DNA of 64,000 nt from Diplonema japonicum (taxonomy: Eukaryota > Protista > Euglenozoa: Diplonemea), in contig OZ025727.1 of NCBI GenBank assembly GCA_964019335.1, forward strand, positions 1-64,000, written 5' to 3'. The number at the start of each line of letters is the position of its first letter. Position 1 is the first letter of the stretch. Of the stretch, positions 33,697 to 44,128 are shown piece by piece. Position numbers and translations under genes: made by a program. The notes below the pieces were generated by a model. That model was not told the DNA's origin and ran no database searches. It saw nothing but the letters and a program-made list of their open reading frames with translations.

Positions 33697-34922
33697 CTAC
33701 GCATCATCGGCTTCAATCGGCTCAGTGGGCGACGCCTCCTGCTCTGACGCTCCCTGTAAAAAAAAAAAAAAAAATTAATAATAATTGTCTACCAAAAAAA
33801 AAACAGAAAAAAAAAAGAGAAAAAAAAACATACCTTCTTCCCCATCACGAAGTAAAGCGCCACAACACCGATCACGATGACGGAGATCAGCACGATAGCG
33901 AAGATCCCAAGAGCGGGGATCTCATCATCGTCGTCGGACCCCTGGTTAACCTGGCTGAGCATGACATAAGGCGAGATGGCGGCCGTGAGGAAGGCGAAGT
34001 TCGTCGTAATAATGTTAGAAACCTCAGCAGCAGTGTGGCGAGTGTCAGCGGACACATGAAGCTCATGAGCGTAGTCATCGGTGAAGGCAAGCACCTCACC
34101 AGCACGGGACAACGCACCACCACCAACAGCGCAGGAATAGCACTGAAGCTCAACATACGTAGTTTCCCTGAACTTCCTGCGAAGGTGGCAGATCTTTTCG
34201 CACGTTGTGGAGACAGCCCCTGTAAGGGCCCTCAACCTAGCAAGGAACCCAGGCACACCAACCTGAATCTCACTGGTAGAAGTGTTGAACATTCTCACCA
34301 CAGCAGACTTCGGCGATGCAGAGCTACCAGGAGCAAATGTAGCAGGAGCAGTGGTGGAGGGGGCATCGGTCACACCCTCGTAAAGCTCGAGATCGATGGT
34401 GAAGTTGAACTCCTGCCTGTAGAACACACCACCTGCCGGGTCCTCCTCGGCATCGAAGGAAGCAAACCCATAAGCACCTTGGAATGCACCGGTACCACCA
34501 ATGATGGCGGCGGTGGAGTTTTCAAAGTCAGCCTGCATCATAGTCAGCTGGATGGTGTTGTTCTCAAATGTGCTGTTGGACCCGAAGGAGACCGTCCATG
34601 AGCACTGTTTCCAGTTCTCATTAGCGTCATCGAGAAGGTTCGGGGCGTCGGTACCGGTGAAGTCTGTCATGCCGGGGTCGGTCCTGATGCAGTACCCCGC
34701 GTGCAGGCCCAGGATGGCCCCCTTGTCGTGGCGCAGCAATATCTGTTCGTAGGAGTAGATGTTGCCCACTACGTCATTCGTCTCGTTGGTCCACTGCCAG
34801 AACCCACCAAACGGGTCCGTCGTCCTTGCATCAACGAAGGTTACAAAGTTGACCTCTGTCCCGTGCACGGGGTCCGTTTGCGCAACGGTCAGGAGCGACG
34901 ACAGCAACATTAATGACGACAT
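33697..34922 (-). CDS. Type I membrane protein with a dirigent/allene-oxide-cyclase-like barrel; one intron 33754-33833
   Basis: Signal peptide; G.C.RT...QC.WT...AAIIGGTGAFQGAYG; TM helix. Removing the GTATGT...TACAG intron gives a KKGASEQEASPTEPIEADDA* tail. Confidence 0.8.
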
Positions 34923-34990
34923 TTTTCTTTTTTTTTTTTTTCTCCTTTTTTTTTTTTTTAAATTTCTTTTTGAAGTGGGGACTAGGTTAC

Positions 34991-35027
<37 letters not shown>

Positions 35028-35317
35028 TGTGCGTGTTGTTATTGTTGTGAGAAGAAAATAAGAGGGGGGGACACTTTTTTTTCCCCCCTTTTTTTGTTTT
35101 TTTTTTTTTTTAGAACGTGTTTACTACTAACCCCCCACCCCCCCACCCGGAGTAATTTCAGTTCTTAGTTTTCTTCTTTTGTTCTTACTGGAATAAAACT
35201 TTTTTTTTTGGAAAGAATAAACAAATGTCATAAAGATTATTTTATTTTTAAAGGAAAGGAAATCGGACTAAGTGACCTCTCACGTAAGGGGGTGGTGGTA
35301 TTGGAAGGGAGGGACCC

Positions 35318-35495
35318 GGCTAAGCTAGCAAGGAAACACGTTTCCAAGCATTTTTTTTTTTAAAAAATAAGGAAACGGAAGTAAGGTAACATTTCCTTAC
35401 TTTGAGGCCGTTTCCTTAAGAAAGGGAACACGTTTCTTTAAGTATCTGAAAAATAAGGAAACGGAAACGTTTCCCCGTTTCTTGCCAACATAGCC
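35318..35495. mobile_element. MITE with imperfect TIRs and internal GGAAAC/GTTTCC repeats
   Basis: GGCTAAGCTAGCAAGGAAAC ... GTTTCTTGCCAACATAGCC; no TSD resolved. Confidence 0.55.
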
Positions 35496-35655
35496 CTAGG
35501 GTGTTCTCTCGATTCTCCTTCTCTTTCTACTACCTTTCATCCCTTCCCAATTCATTCTCTTTCTGCAGATTTCTGCGTCATCTCTCTTCGTTCTAAAAAA
35601 AAAAGGGGGGAGTATTATAATGTTATTATTATTCTCTACATTTTTTTTTTTTTTA

Positions 35656-36336
35656 TTATTGTTTATCGACCTTGGCAGCAAACCCATAAACAGCAAACAA
35701 CGCAAGTTGCGCGAGACCCGAACCCAACCCCACCAGATTCGGGAAATAAATGAAAACATCATGCGCCACCAACAGCCCATAGGACGACCAAAGGGCACAG
35801 TTCACAGCAGTAGCAACAGCCATAGGGAAAGGGATAGTAGAGGTACTTCTGTCTCGCACAACTTGCTGAATGGTAGCAAGGGGACCGCCCATCATTAATA
35901 TCAGGACTGCGCACCCAGTGAGGCCGATGAAACGCAGTGCGGCAGGCGGCTCAGAAGTAGCCCAGAAGAAGGTGACCAGAAACATGGCGAGAAACGAGGC
36001 ACCAAGAGGGACTGAATAGTTGTTTTTGGGGTTCCTGTATTTTAAAAACAGGACTGTGTAAGCAGTCCCCAGTATGAGAGAAGGTACATTCGCAGCTATA
36101 ACTGTCTGGTCACCTGAGAGCAACCCGTAAGCCATCCACAAGAACCCGTTGGCCATCATCATGCTATACGGTAGCAGAGGTAGGCTCCCTACGGAACCCG
36201 TCTTGTAGATTTCCTTCATGGAGGACATGGGCGACAGAAAGAAAATCTGCGCGGCCAGCGGTGGCAAGACCTGCATCAACGTCACAAGCCCATCGCCGTA
36301 CACCTCCCGTGCGGCCTCTATTGCTTCAGAGGGCAT
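35656..36336 (-). CDS. SWEET/MtN3 sugar transporter
   Basis: Two MtN3 repeats (LSP...LPLLPY..M..N..LW..YG; GPL..I..V...ST..IPFP...N..LW..YG...PN..G). Confidence 0.93.
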   Translation of the reverse strand: MPSEAIEAAREVYGDGLVTLMQVLPPLAAQIFFLSPMSSMKEIYKTGSVGSLPLLPYSMMMANGFLWMAYGLLSGDQTVIAANVPSLILGTAYTVLFLKYRNPKNNYSVPLGASFLAMFLVTFFWATSEPPAALRFIGLTGCAVLILMMGGPLATIQQVVRDRSTSTIPFPMAVATAVNCALWSSYGLLVAHDVFIYFPNLVGLGSGLAQLALFAVYGFAAKVDKQ

Positions 36337-36818
36337 TTTTTTTTTTTTTTTTTTTTTCGCTTTTTCAAGATTTAAAGGATTACTTCAGAGGAGTATAACT
36401 TTTTTTTTTTTTTCCTTGAAAAAAATGAGTCATATCAATTGCGAGATAATCTGCAGTAAAGGAGGAGGAGGGAGGATCATCGTTGGCGGAGGGTGGGGGG
36501 AGGTGGGGGGGTTATTGTTTGTCTTCCTGTTCTGGCTTTTTTTTTTTGAAGAGCCCCCGCCAAGTCCCCGTCGATTGCCACCGGTCAGGGCTCAAAGCGA
36601 ACCAGAGGACTGGCACAGGCCTTCCGTTAAGAAAAAAAAAAAGGAAGAAAAAAAAAAGAAAAAAAAAACAAGATGTCGAAGAGGAAAAGGAGAAAAACAA
36701 AAAAAAACAAAAAAAAGAAACTGGTGGGTTTCCTTTTGTTTTCTCTTCTGGTGTGGGGGGGGGGGGGGGGAGAAAAAAAAGAATAAGTGAGGAAAAATGC
36801 AGCATGTGAAGAAACACG

Positions 36819-37655
36819 CTACTCCTCTTTCTGCACCTTTTTCCCAGACACAATAAAAGCAGGGCACACAAACACAACGGTACAGCACACATTGAAGATC
36901 ACATTCATAATAGCAGGCGCGTACACACCCATTTCTTTCTCGTAGTAAATATGGCATCCCTGTCCATGGAGGATACGCTGCTTTTCAACATCACCGAAGT
37001 ACTGAAGGTAAGCCTCATATCCGAGGGTTATAAGAATGAGATTGACGATTAACGTTGAAAAAATCACGTTGCGATCCTGTTTGATCAATGCTGTGGGCAG
37101 CTGGGACCTCCATGAGAGAATAGGGTACAGCAGCCCGGGGCCGACAAAGAGCCCCATTGCCAAGATTACCCGTGTGATTTCAAAGGAGAAGATGGTCTCG
37201 ATGTGGCACTGCTTCCCCGCTCTCCAATCATCAATAGTTCCCTGAAACAAAAACCTGCCGTATCCAAAACCCAATATACTGAACATTCCCATGTATGACG
37301 ACATAAAGAAATATGTTGCCAACCATCGTTTGTTGCTTCTCATAAGCTTATGAGAGACCCAAAACCCTATGAGGCCTAAAAGTGTATTCGTGCACCCGAA
37401 TGCAGTGGGGATGAACGCGGCTAACAGGCTCTTTTCGCCGAAGCTGTGGTGGTCAAAGACGAACATGGTCTCCCAGCCGGGGTTTCTATTCAGCAAGAAG
37501 ACCCCGCTTGGGGCAAAAATACACGAAAGAAAGATCGCTGTGTAGGCAAAGTACCAGTTTTCCGTCGTGTTTTTGTGTTTAGACAGAAGCGGCCCGGCAC
37601 AGCACGCGAAGAACGCGCCCATTGCGTACGACCAAAAGACATCGACCTGAATCAT
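36819..37655 (-). CDS. Multi-TM membrane protein of unknown function (MxQVDVFWSY / FAPSG..LL...P.WETM type)
   Basis: 278-aa hydrophobic ORF after a poly-A leader. Confidence 0.8.
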   Translation of the reverse strand: MIQVDVFWSYAMGAFFACCAGPLLSKHKNTTENWYFAYTAIFLSCIFAPSGVFLLNRNPGWETMFVFDHHSFGEKSLLAAFIPTAFGCTNTLLGLIGFWVSHKLMRSNKRWLATYFFMSSYMGMFSILGFGYGRFLFQGTIDDWRAGKQCHIETIFSFEITRVILAMGLFVGPGLLYPILSWRSQLPTALIKQDRNVIFSTLIVNLILITLGYEAYLQYFGDVEKQRILHGQGCHIYYEKEMGVYAPAIMNVIFNVCCTVVFVCPAFIVSGKKVQKEE

Positions 37656-38335
37656 TTTTTTTTTTTTGGATCTTTTTTTTTTTTTTTTTTTTTTTTTTTG
37701 ATATGAATATTGTAAATTAAAAGAAAGAAAAAAAAAAAGGAAGAAATATATAAATTGAAAAGGAAAAAAAGAAAAAGGGAAAAAAAAATAGAGAGGAAGA
37801 AAGAAAGGAAAAAGAAAAAAAAAAGAAGAAAAAAAACCACATTCAAGGGTATTAAAAAAAAGATCAGGGGAATAATAAAAATGAAAAAAAACGGGGAGGA
37901 GGAAGGAAGGGAGGGGATAAAGGGGGGAAAAAAATGGAGAAGAGGGAAGGGCTGTCTTTTTTTTTTTTTTCTTTATATTTTTTTTGTAAGTTTCCGAAGT
38001 AAAAAAATTTTAACTATTAACGAACGCAGCGCTCACTCCCTTTTTTATTTATTATTATTTTTTTTTTTTTTTTAGAAAAGCAAAAAAAAAAAAAAAAAGA
38101 AGAAAAAAAAAAAGAAGAGATTTCAAATTTCTTCTTTTTTTTTTTTTGTTCCACCTCAACTTACCCTTTATTATTTTTTTTTTATTGGATCCTTCGGGGG
38201 GGATCATTTTAATAATTTATTTTGAAGAGGCACCAAAGAAAAAAAAAAGTGTTATTTTTTAATTCAATGGGCCGTTTTACCATTAAAAAGAAAAGAGAAA
38301 AAAACCAGAGAGGACGGGGCAAAAAAAAAAAAAAA

Positions 38336-39682
38336 TCACGGCTTCCTCCCTCCGTTTACTCTGATTTTCTTTTCGTAGTCGTTCACGCACTCTTTGTGGC
38401 ATTCTGCCTTCCCGAACGAGCCTGACAAGGTGATGATCTCTGTCACCATGGGCTTCCCACAGTTGTCGCACTTGGGGGCATTGATTTTCGACCACTTCGC
38501 CTGGCAAGCAGGGTGCATTTCCACCATTCGGCAGGTCCCTGGGATAGTGACCATGATAGGTGCATCTTTCGCCATAAACCGCTTCAAGCAATGGTCGCAC
38601 CGCCCCCCTCCTCCCGATGCAGTTGGTGTGAATTGAGCGTTTTTACGCTTTTTCTCAAACTCGGTAGCGCATTTCGTGTGGACGTTGGCGATGCCCCATG
38701 CTCCTGTGAGGCTCACCATGGGCTCGTTAGATATCTTGACGCCGCACTCTGCGCACTTCACGCCAGCTTTGGGCGAGATTTGAGGCGAAGTCGATTTCCT
38801 AGGAGACAAGACGGTGGGCCCACGAGGTGCAGGTGCTAATGTCTTCTTCGGTCGCTTCTTGATCTCCGCCTCAAAGGCATCGCAGCAACTTTCGTGAACA
38901 CACGCTTCGCCAAACCCGCCTGAGATGGTCACGATGTCCGTCGTCATGAGTTCGTGGCAGTGGTCGCAGCGTTTCGCGTTCTGAATGAGCCACGACTCCT
39001 TGCAGGCAACGTGGAGGTCCGCGCCCCGGTTCGCTCCGGGCAGGGTCACTGTCACGATCCCCGTCGTCATCAGCTCCCCGCAATGCTCGCACGCCTTCGC
39101 GTTCTCCTTCGTCCACTCGTCCTTGCACCCCTCGTGGAGGTGCGCACCCTTGTCCTCCCCGGGAAGGGTCAGGACAATACGGTCTGTTCCCTTCCCAAAG
39201 GTTTTGAAGCAATACTCGCAACTTCTCGGGTCGGAGTCGGAGATGGTAACATGTTTAGTCACAGTAGGCGGCTTTGGGGACCGTGGGGAAACACCCGCAA
39301 TGGGCACACCTTGGTTCTTCCCAAAGGATCCGTTGTACTCCGACTGGTACCTAGGCGAGACACGCGGGGAGACACGGGGGGACACACGGGGGGGTTCGGG
39401 TGTTGCGGTGGCTGTTTTCAGGATGGGGACGGGCGTAACAGTCGTTCGTGCTGAGGGCGATGTCGGGACGCTCTTCTGGAGGTTCTCGATGGCGGTCCAA
39501 AGCTCCTTCCGGTCCTTCAGTGCGTCGATCCTCAGTTCCTCTCTCAGGTCTGTCTTTGTCAATGACACCAGTGTCGCCCCGTCCACGCCGTTTTTCTTGA
39601 ACACCGTCTGAAGATGGCCTAGGCCACTGTCCTGAAGCCAGCCACACACCCTCGACTCGTTCCACTGCTTGACGTCCGTCAT
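38336..39682 (-). CDS. SAM-domain protein with six CxxC...HxxC (LIM-like half) zinc fingers
   Basis: W....V..WL...GL......F....VDG..L..LT..DL SAM domain; CEYC/HEGC, CEHC/HVAC, CDHC/HESC, CAEC/HTKC, CDHC/HPAC and CDNC/HKEC. Confidence 0.88.
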   Translation of the reverse strand: MTDVKQWNESRVCGWLQDSGLGHLQTVFKKNGVDGATLVSLTKTDLREELRIDALKDRKELWTAIENLQKSVPTSPSARTTVTPVPILKTATATPEPPRVSPRVSPRVSPRYQSEYNGSFGKNQGVPIAGVSPRSPKPPTVTKHVTISDSDPRSCEYCFKTFGKGTDRIVLTLPGEDKGAHLHEGCKDEWTKENAKACEHCGELMTTGIVTVTLPGANRGADLHVACKESWLIQNAKRCDHCHELMTTDIVTISGGFGEACVHESCCDAFEAEIKKRPKKTLAPAPRGPTVLSPRKSTSPQISPKAGVKCAECGVKISNEPMVSLTGAWGIANVHTKCATEFEKKRKNAQFTPTASGGGGRCDHCLKRFMAKDAPIMVTIPGTCRMVEMHPACQAKWSKINAPKCDNCGKPMVTEIITLSGSFGKAECHKECVNDYEKKIRVNGGRKP

Positions 39683-39746
39683 GTTTCTATTTGTCGAAAA
39701 ATAATATCACCTTGTTTTTTTTTTTACCCCCCATTTCTTTTTTGAA

Positions 39747-39841
39747 CTATCTACCAACGGCAAGGGGTGGCCCTCTTTTGTCGTCCAAATAAAGAGCATG
39801 GCCTCGGGGGCAAACCTCTTACTGACTCGTTGGTAGATAGG
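39747..39841. mobile_element. Mini-MITE of about 95 bp from the 20533-21826 piggyBac family
   Basis: CTATCTACCAACG...CGTTGGTAGATAGG|TTAA. Confidence 0.8.
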
Positions 39842-39954
39842 TTAAAAGAGACGAAGAAAGAACATATAAAAAAAGTAGAAAATGAAAGTGAAATTTAGGG
39901 AACGACGTACACTCCTTCCCCCCCCTCCTTCCCCCCCCTCCTTCCTTTTCCAAC

Positions 39955-41072
39955 TCAGAACCCCCTGTCTGAGAGAGTAAAGAAAGCCTTGATCTTTGCA
40001 CCTCCCGTCCACTCAGTTGCCCGGTCGAAATCAACGTACACATCAAACGTGTGGTCGAATATCTCCATCCTCCTAAAGTCGCCTAGCTGGTCCACTACGA
40101 AGGCACGCTTAACGCACCGTTCCACATCCACAAGGGCCGCTCCTTCGTCAACTAATATCTGCCGTTCCCGTACCTCACCCATAACCCTGGTCCACACGTC
40201 AAGAGACAGTCTAGTCTCGTCCTTGTCTGGGAGCTGGGTGATCTGGCAATCCAACTGTAGACTAGTACCGCAAGCATTTTCCACCAACTGCACAACCTGT
40301 GAAGCGGTAGGTCGTGAGATGGGGTCTTTGCACAGCAATTGGAGAATGATGTCACCGATGCCTAGAGGCGGTCCCGAGTGTTTGTTAAGAAGCTCTCGCA
40401 GTTCTGCGTCGGTCGCACCGCTGTCGTGTCGGAGTTGACCCTCTGATTCGGTTTGCGCGAGGACCGCCCAGCAAGCTGTCATGCCAAGACCCCATATGTC
40501 AATCTTCTCGTTGTAGGTGTATGTTTGCGGTCGGAGCTGTTCAGGGGAAAGGTATGGAACGGTGCCTACAAATGTTTTCGCTGTGCTGTTGTGGCTGCCG
40601 ACGTCGCTTAGGACGAAACCCATTTCACCGCTCGCCGTCCGGCCTTCGATGACTTCGACGAATATGTTCTCTGGCCGCACGTCCTTGTGGATGCGGTCGT
40701 TGTCGTGAAGGAAGTGAAGGGCCTCGCCGGTGTCGCGTAGTAGCTTCGCAATAATTTCACTTCCTAGTCTTCCGTTTTCAGATCTTTCCTGTTCCACGTA
40801 GCCCTTCAGGCTTCCCGCGTAGAGGGGCATCACTATGCGGTGCTCGTAGCAGCCGTCTGTGTTTCTTGTGTAGAAATGTTCGATGCACTTGACGATTCTC
40901 TTGTGCTCCAGCATCTGGTTCGCCTCCTCCATGCACTCCACCAGCTGTTCCGCCTCTGCGCAGACCTGTACTTTCATCGCCAGCAGTTTTCCGTCTTTTT
41001 TTCTCCTTACCTTCACTACGTACCCAAAAGAGCCTTTGCCCAGAGGGGCGCTTCCGATCCGTTCGCACTTAT

Positions 41073-41076
<4 letters not shown>
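39955..41076 (-). CDS. Ser/Thr protein kinase (divergent, NEK/CAMK-like)
   Basis: LGKGSFGYV, LAMK, IHKDVRPENIF, SDVG (for DFG), GTVPYLSPE and DIWGLG motifs. Confidence 0.9.
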
Positions 41077-41118
<42 letters not shown>

Positions 41119-41184
41119 TTGCAATTTGTTGTGAAAACCCTTAGCAGGGGTAGCTCTCGACAAAAAGAAATGGAATTGTTAAAA

Positions 41185-41216
<32 letters not shown>

Positions 41217-41223
41217 GAGACTA

Positions 41224-41520
41224 TTTAAGGGTGCCTGCAGTATGTGGCAGGGCGCCCTGCACAAGTATCGTCTACTTGATTACAGGGGGCGCCCCTCGGC
41301 CTAGTTGTAGCTTCTTCTGCGTTCCGCGTCGTGTCCTTAATGCGTGCGGTGTGCAACTCAACCCCAGCCATGGTGCCCCTGGTAACCAAGATTCTGAGCC
41401 CGTGCAGTTTGCTGCCTGTTCGTCACCCTGAGCATCTGCGATACGTTCTTCCACTCGGGCGCTACCGGTGATGACCGACGTGGAGGTCAACAGCGAACAA
41501 CACATCTGATGTGCTTCTTT
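41224..41520 (-). mobile_element. 5'-truncated LINE-like 3' fragment ending in stem-loop + TAAA
   Basis: Homologous pieces at 4113 and 25802; ends AGGGCGCCCTGCCACATACTGCAGGCACCCTTAAA. Confidence 0.6.
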
Positions 41521-42103
41521 ATATTTCCATATTTCTGTGTTATCCCCACCGCCCATAAAAAAAGGGGGGGGAAAGGATTATTTTTTAAAAAAAGAAATTT
41601 TCATTTCTATGCTATGCATGTTTACCCCCGTTTTTTTTTTCTTTCTTTTTTTGTTTTTTTCTTTGTTTTTTTTTTTTTTCTCTTTTAAAGCCCCCTCCCC
41701 CAACGTCTCTCGTGCCACCGCATTTCATCTTTCTAAAGGCAAATAGGAAAGGGAGATGGTATAAAAAAAAAGGGGGGGAGGAAACGATCTTTTTTCTTTC
41801 AAAAAAAAAAAAAAAAAGAATTTTTGTACTTTCTTTTTCAGAATGTATTTGTATTTGTATTTCTTTTTATTATGCCCAACACATAACACATGGCTTTTTT
41901 TTTTTCTTCTTTTCTCATAAAAGGAAAAACTCCCCCCCCCCTCCTCCCAATCAAAAAAATTCTATAGCAAAAAAAAAAAAAAAATAACAATTCCCCCTTT
42001 CCCTTCCCCTCCCTTTTTTTTATTCAAAGAAAGAAACAGGAAACATTTTTAAAAAAAAGGGGGGGTGGGGGGATAATGGTTCCTTCGACTACCGATTTTC
42101 TTA

Positions 42104-43132
42104 CTAGAAGGCTCTCCCCCTCGACCCGACTTTCTCCAGTCTTTTGGGGTCTTGCAAGAACGCGTTTGTTTCGTCTACGAGCCTCATGCACTCTGCCTTG
42201 ATAGGGATGAATGCAGTCTCTGCGGTTTTTTGTTTGATGAAATCATCCAGTTGGAAGAGGTTCTGCTTGATCTGCCGGACCTTCTGCTCCTGGAGCTGCA
42301 GAGGTTGGTGGATGTCGTTATTCTGTAGCTCGTCTCTCTTCCCTTCATATTCATGGTTTAACTGTTGAACTTGCATTTTGAGGCCAACCCGAAGGCTGGA
42401 GTAAAGCACCGACTGCTGAGAAAGCTTCGTCTTCCTCGCATCGTGCTCAGCACGCAAAGCATCTAAATCGGAGAATTTCTTCATAGCAGCCTCATTGGAT
42501 GCAATTCGTTTTGAGACTGTTTCAAGCTCAGCTGTGATCTTCCCGTCCAGGTTGTTGATATTCCTTAACTCGTTCTTCCTCAGCTCCAACTCGTTCTGAA
42601 GCCTTTCTGCTGTTGTAGCGCTTTCTTCTACAGTACGCTCCTGCCCGGCAAGCTCGTCCCGCATTGCGTTGAGCCTGTTCGTCTTCGAGCCTTGTTTGAG
42701 AACCTCTGAAACGTGTTCTAGTAGATGAATGATGCTGCTCTCTGTTGTTTTGTTCGCGGTGAGCTGCTTCTTCTTTTCGGTGTCGAAGTTGTCGATGAAT
42801 TGTTGCATCTCGTGGTCCCTCTGTTCCAACTGTTTGTACTTGTCCATTCTGTCACCTGTCAGTTCTTGGAGGTCCGACTCTAAGGATTTCAGCCTGGCCT
42901 TCGCTTCTTCCAGTTCAGCCTTCGCCTCTCTGATCCCGCCTTGGATGGTGTCAATGGCAGTCACGTCTGATTTGACCTGTGCTAGAAGTGCCTTCTTCTC
43001 CGCTTCAAGATCGCCGTTGAACTCGTTCGCCAGTGAGGCCATCTCCTGCTGTAGCTTCAACGCCTTCTCTTGCTGTTGGAATTGTAATTTCTTCTGCGGG
43101 TCGCTGTTCAGCTGCACGCTTAGCGTGTCGTA

Positions 43133-43169
<37 letters not shown>

Positions 43170-44025
43170 GTTATGATTTACCTATTCGACAAGAACTTCA
43201 TCTCCTTCTCCCCCATGTATACGCTGGACGCTAACTTCGCGCTTTCCTCTCGGTGGCGGTAATATTCCTTTTTTTTTTTTTTTGAAATTTCATTTTTCGA
43301 GCACCTGGCGTCTAATAGGCTCGTCTTGCAGCTTGGCCTCGAGTTTTGCCGTGAGCTCTTCCACCTGGAAGGAGACAAGCTTGTGTTTCTCCTCGCACTT
43401 CTGCCTGTCCATGAACTTCAAGTCGATTTGCGACTTCTCCTCCTTCGTGACCTCCTTCAGGTCGAGGGCCTCTTGGTTCACCTTGTCCACATCAACGTTT
43501 CCAGCAGACTTCTCCACAGCGAAGTTCAGGTCGGAAAGCTCACCCTTGAGCTTCCCTACCTCATTCTCGATTGTTTTAAGCCTTTATTTTGTTTTGTTTT
43601 TTTTGCTTTTTTTTTCTTCCATACTTCCCACCGATTGCTGTCATTTGTCCAGCGTTCTTGTTCAGCCGCTGCTCCTCTTCGTGAAGGCGTTCAAGCTCCA
43701 TAGACAGCTCTGCGTTCTTGGACCTCAGCTGGCCCAGATGGTAAGACCTGTCCATCACCTGCCTCCTCGACCCCGTCTGTTGTGCAGGCACGTACATCCC
43801 CTTCATCCCTTCCCTCATCACAGGTCTTGCTGCAACCTCCACTGACGTCTGCAAACTGACCCCCATCCCTGCGGCAGGCTGGCTCCCTGTCCATGGAGAC
43901 TGCTGCCGTCTCGATGCAGTGCCCGGTGCACCGAAGCCAACCCCCGTGGCGCTTGGAGGTCTGTTGTAGCCATACTGTGTCCCGCTGGTCGGCGGCCGGT
44001 TCCCAAAGCCAGACCCGGGCTGCAT
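42104..44025 (-). CDS. IFT74: Intraflagellar transport protein 74/72; introns 43582-43624, 43268-43304, 43134-43181
   Basis: RPPTS/RPPS N-terminus, RPV..EGM.GM...RQVMDRSY.LG.LRSK..EL and a long coiled coil. Three GT-AG introns join four ORF pieces in frame. Confidence 0.9.
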
Positions 44026-44128
44026 GGTGCTTGGTGTTCCACTGTAAGAGCGTTACCATATGGAATCAAAAAGAACAGAATAAAAAGCAATAAAAAAAAG
44101 AAAAAGAAAAAGTAAAGTAAAAAGATTG

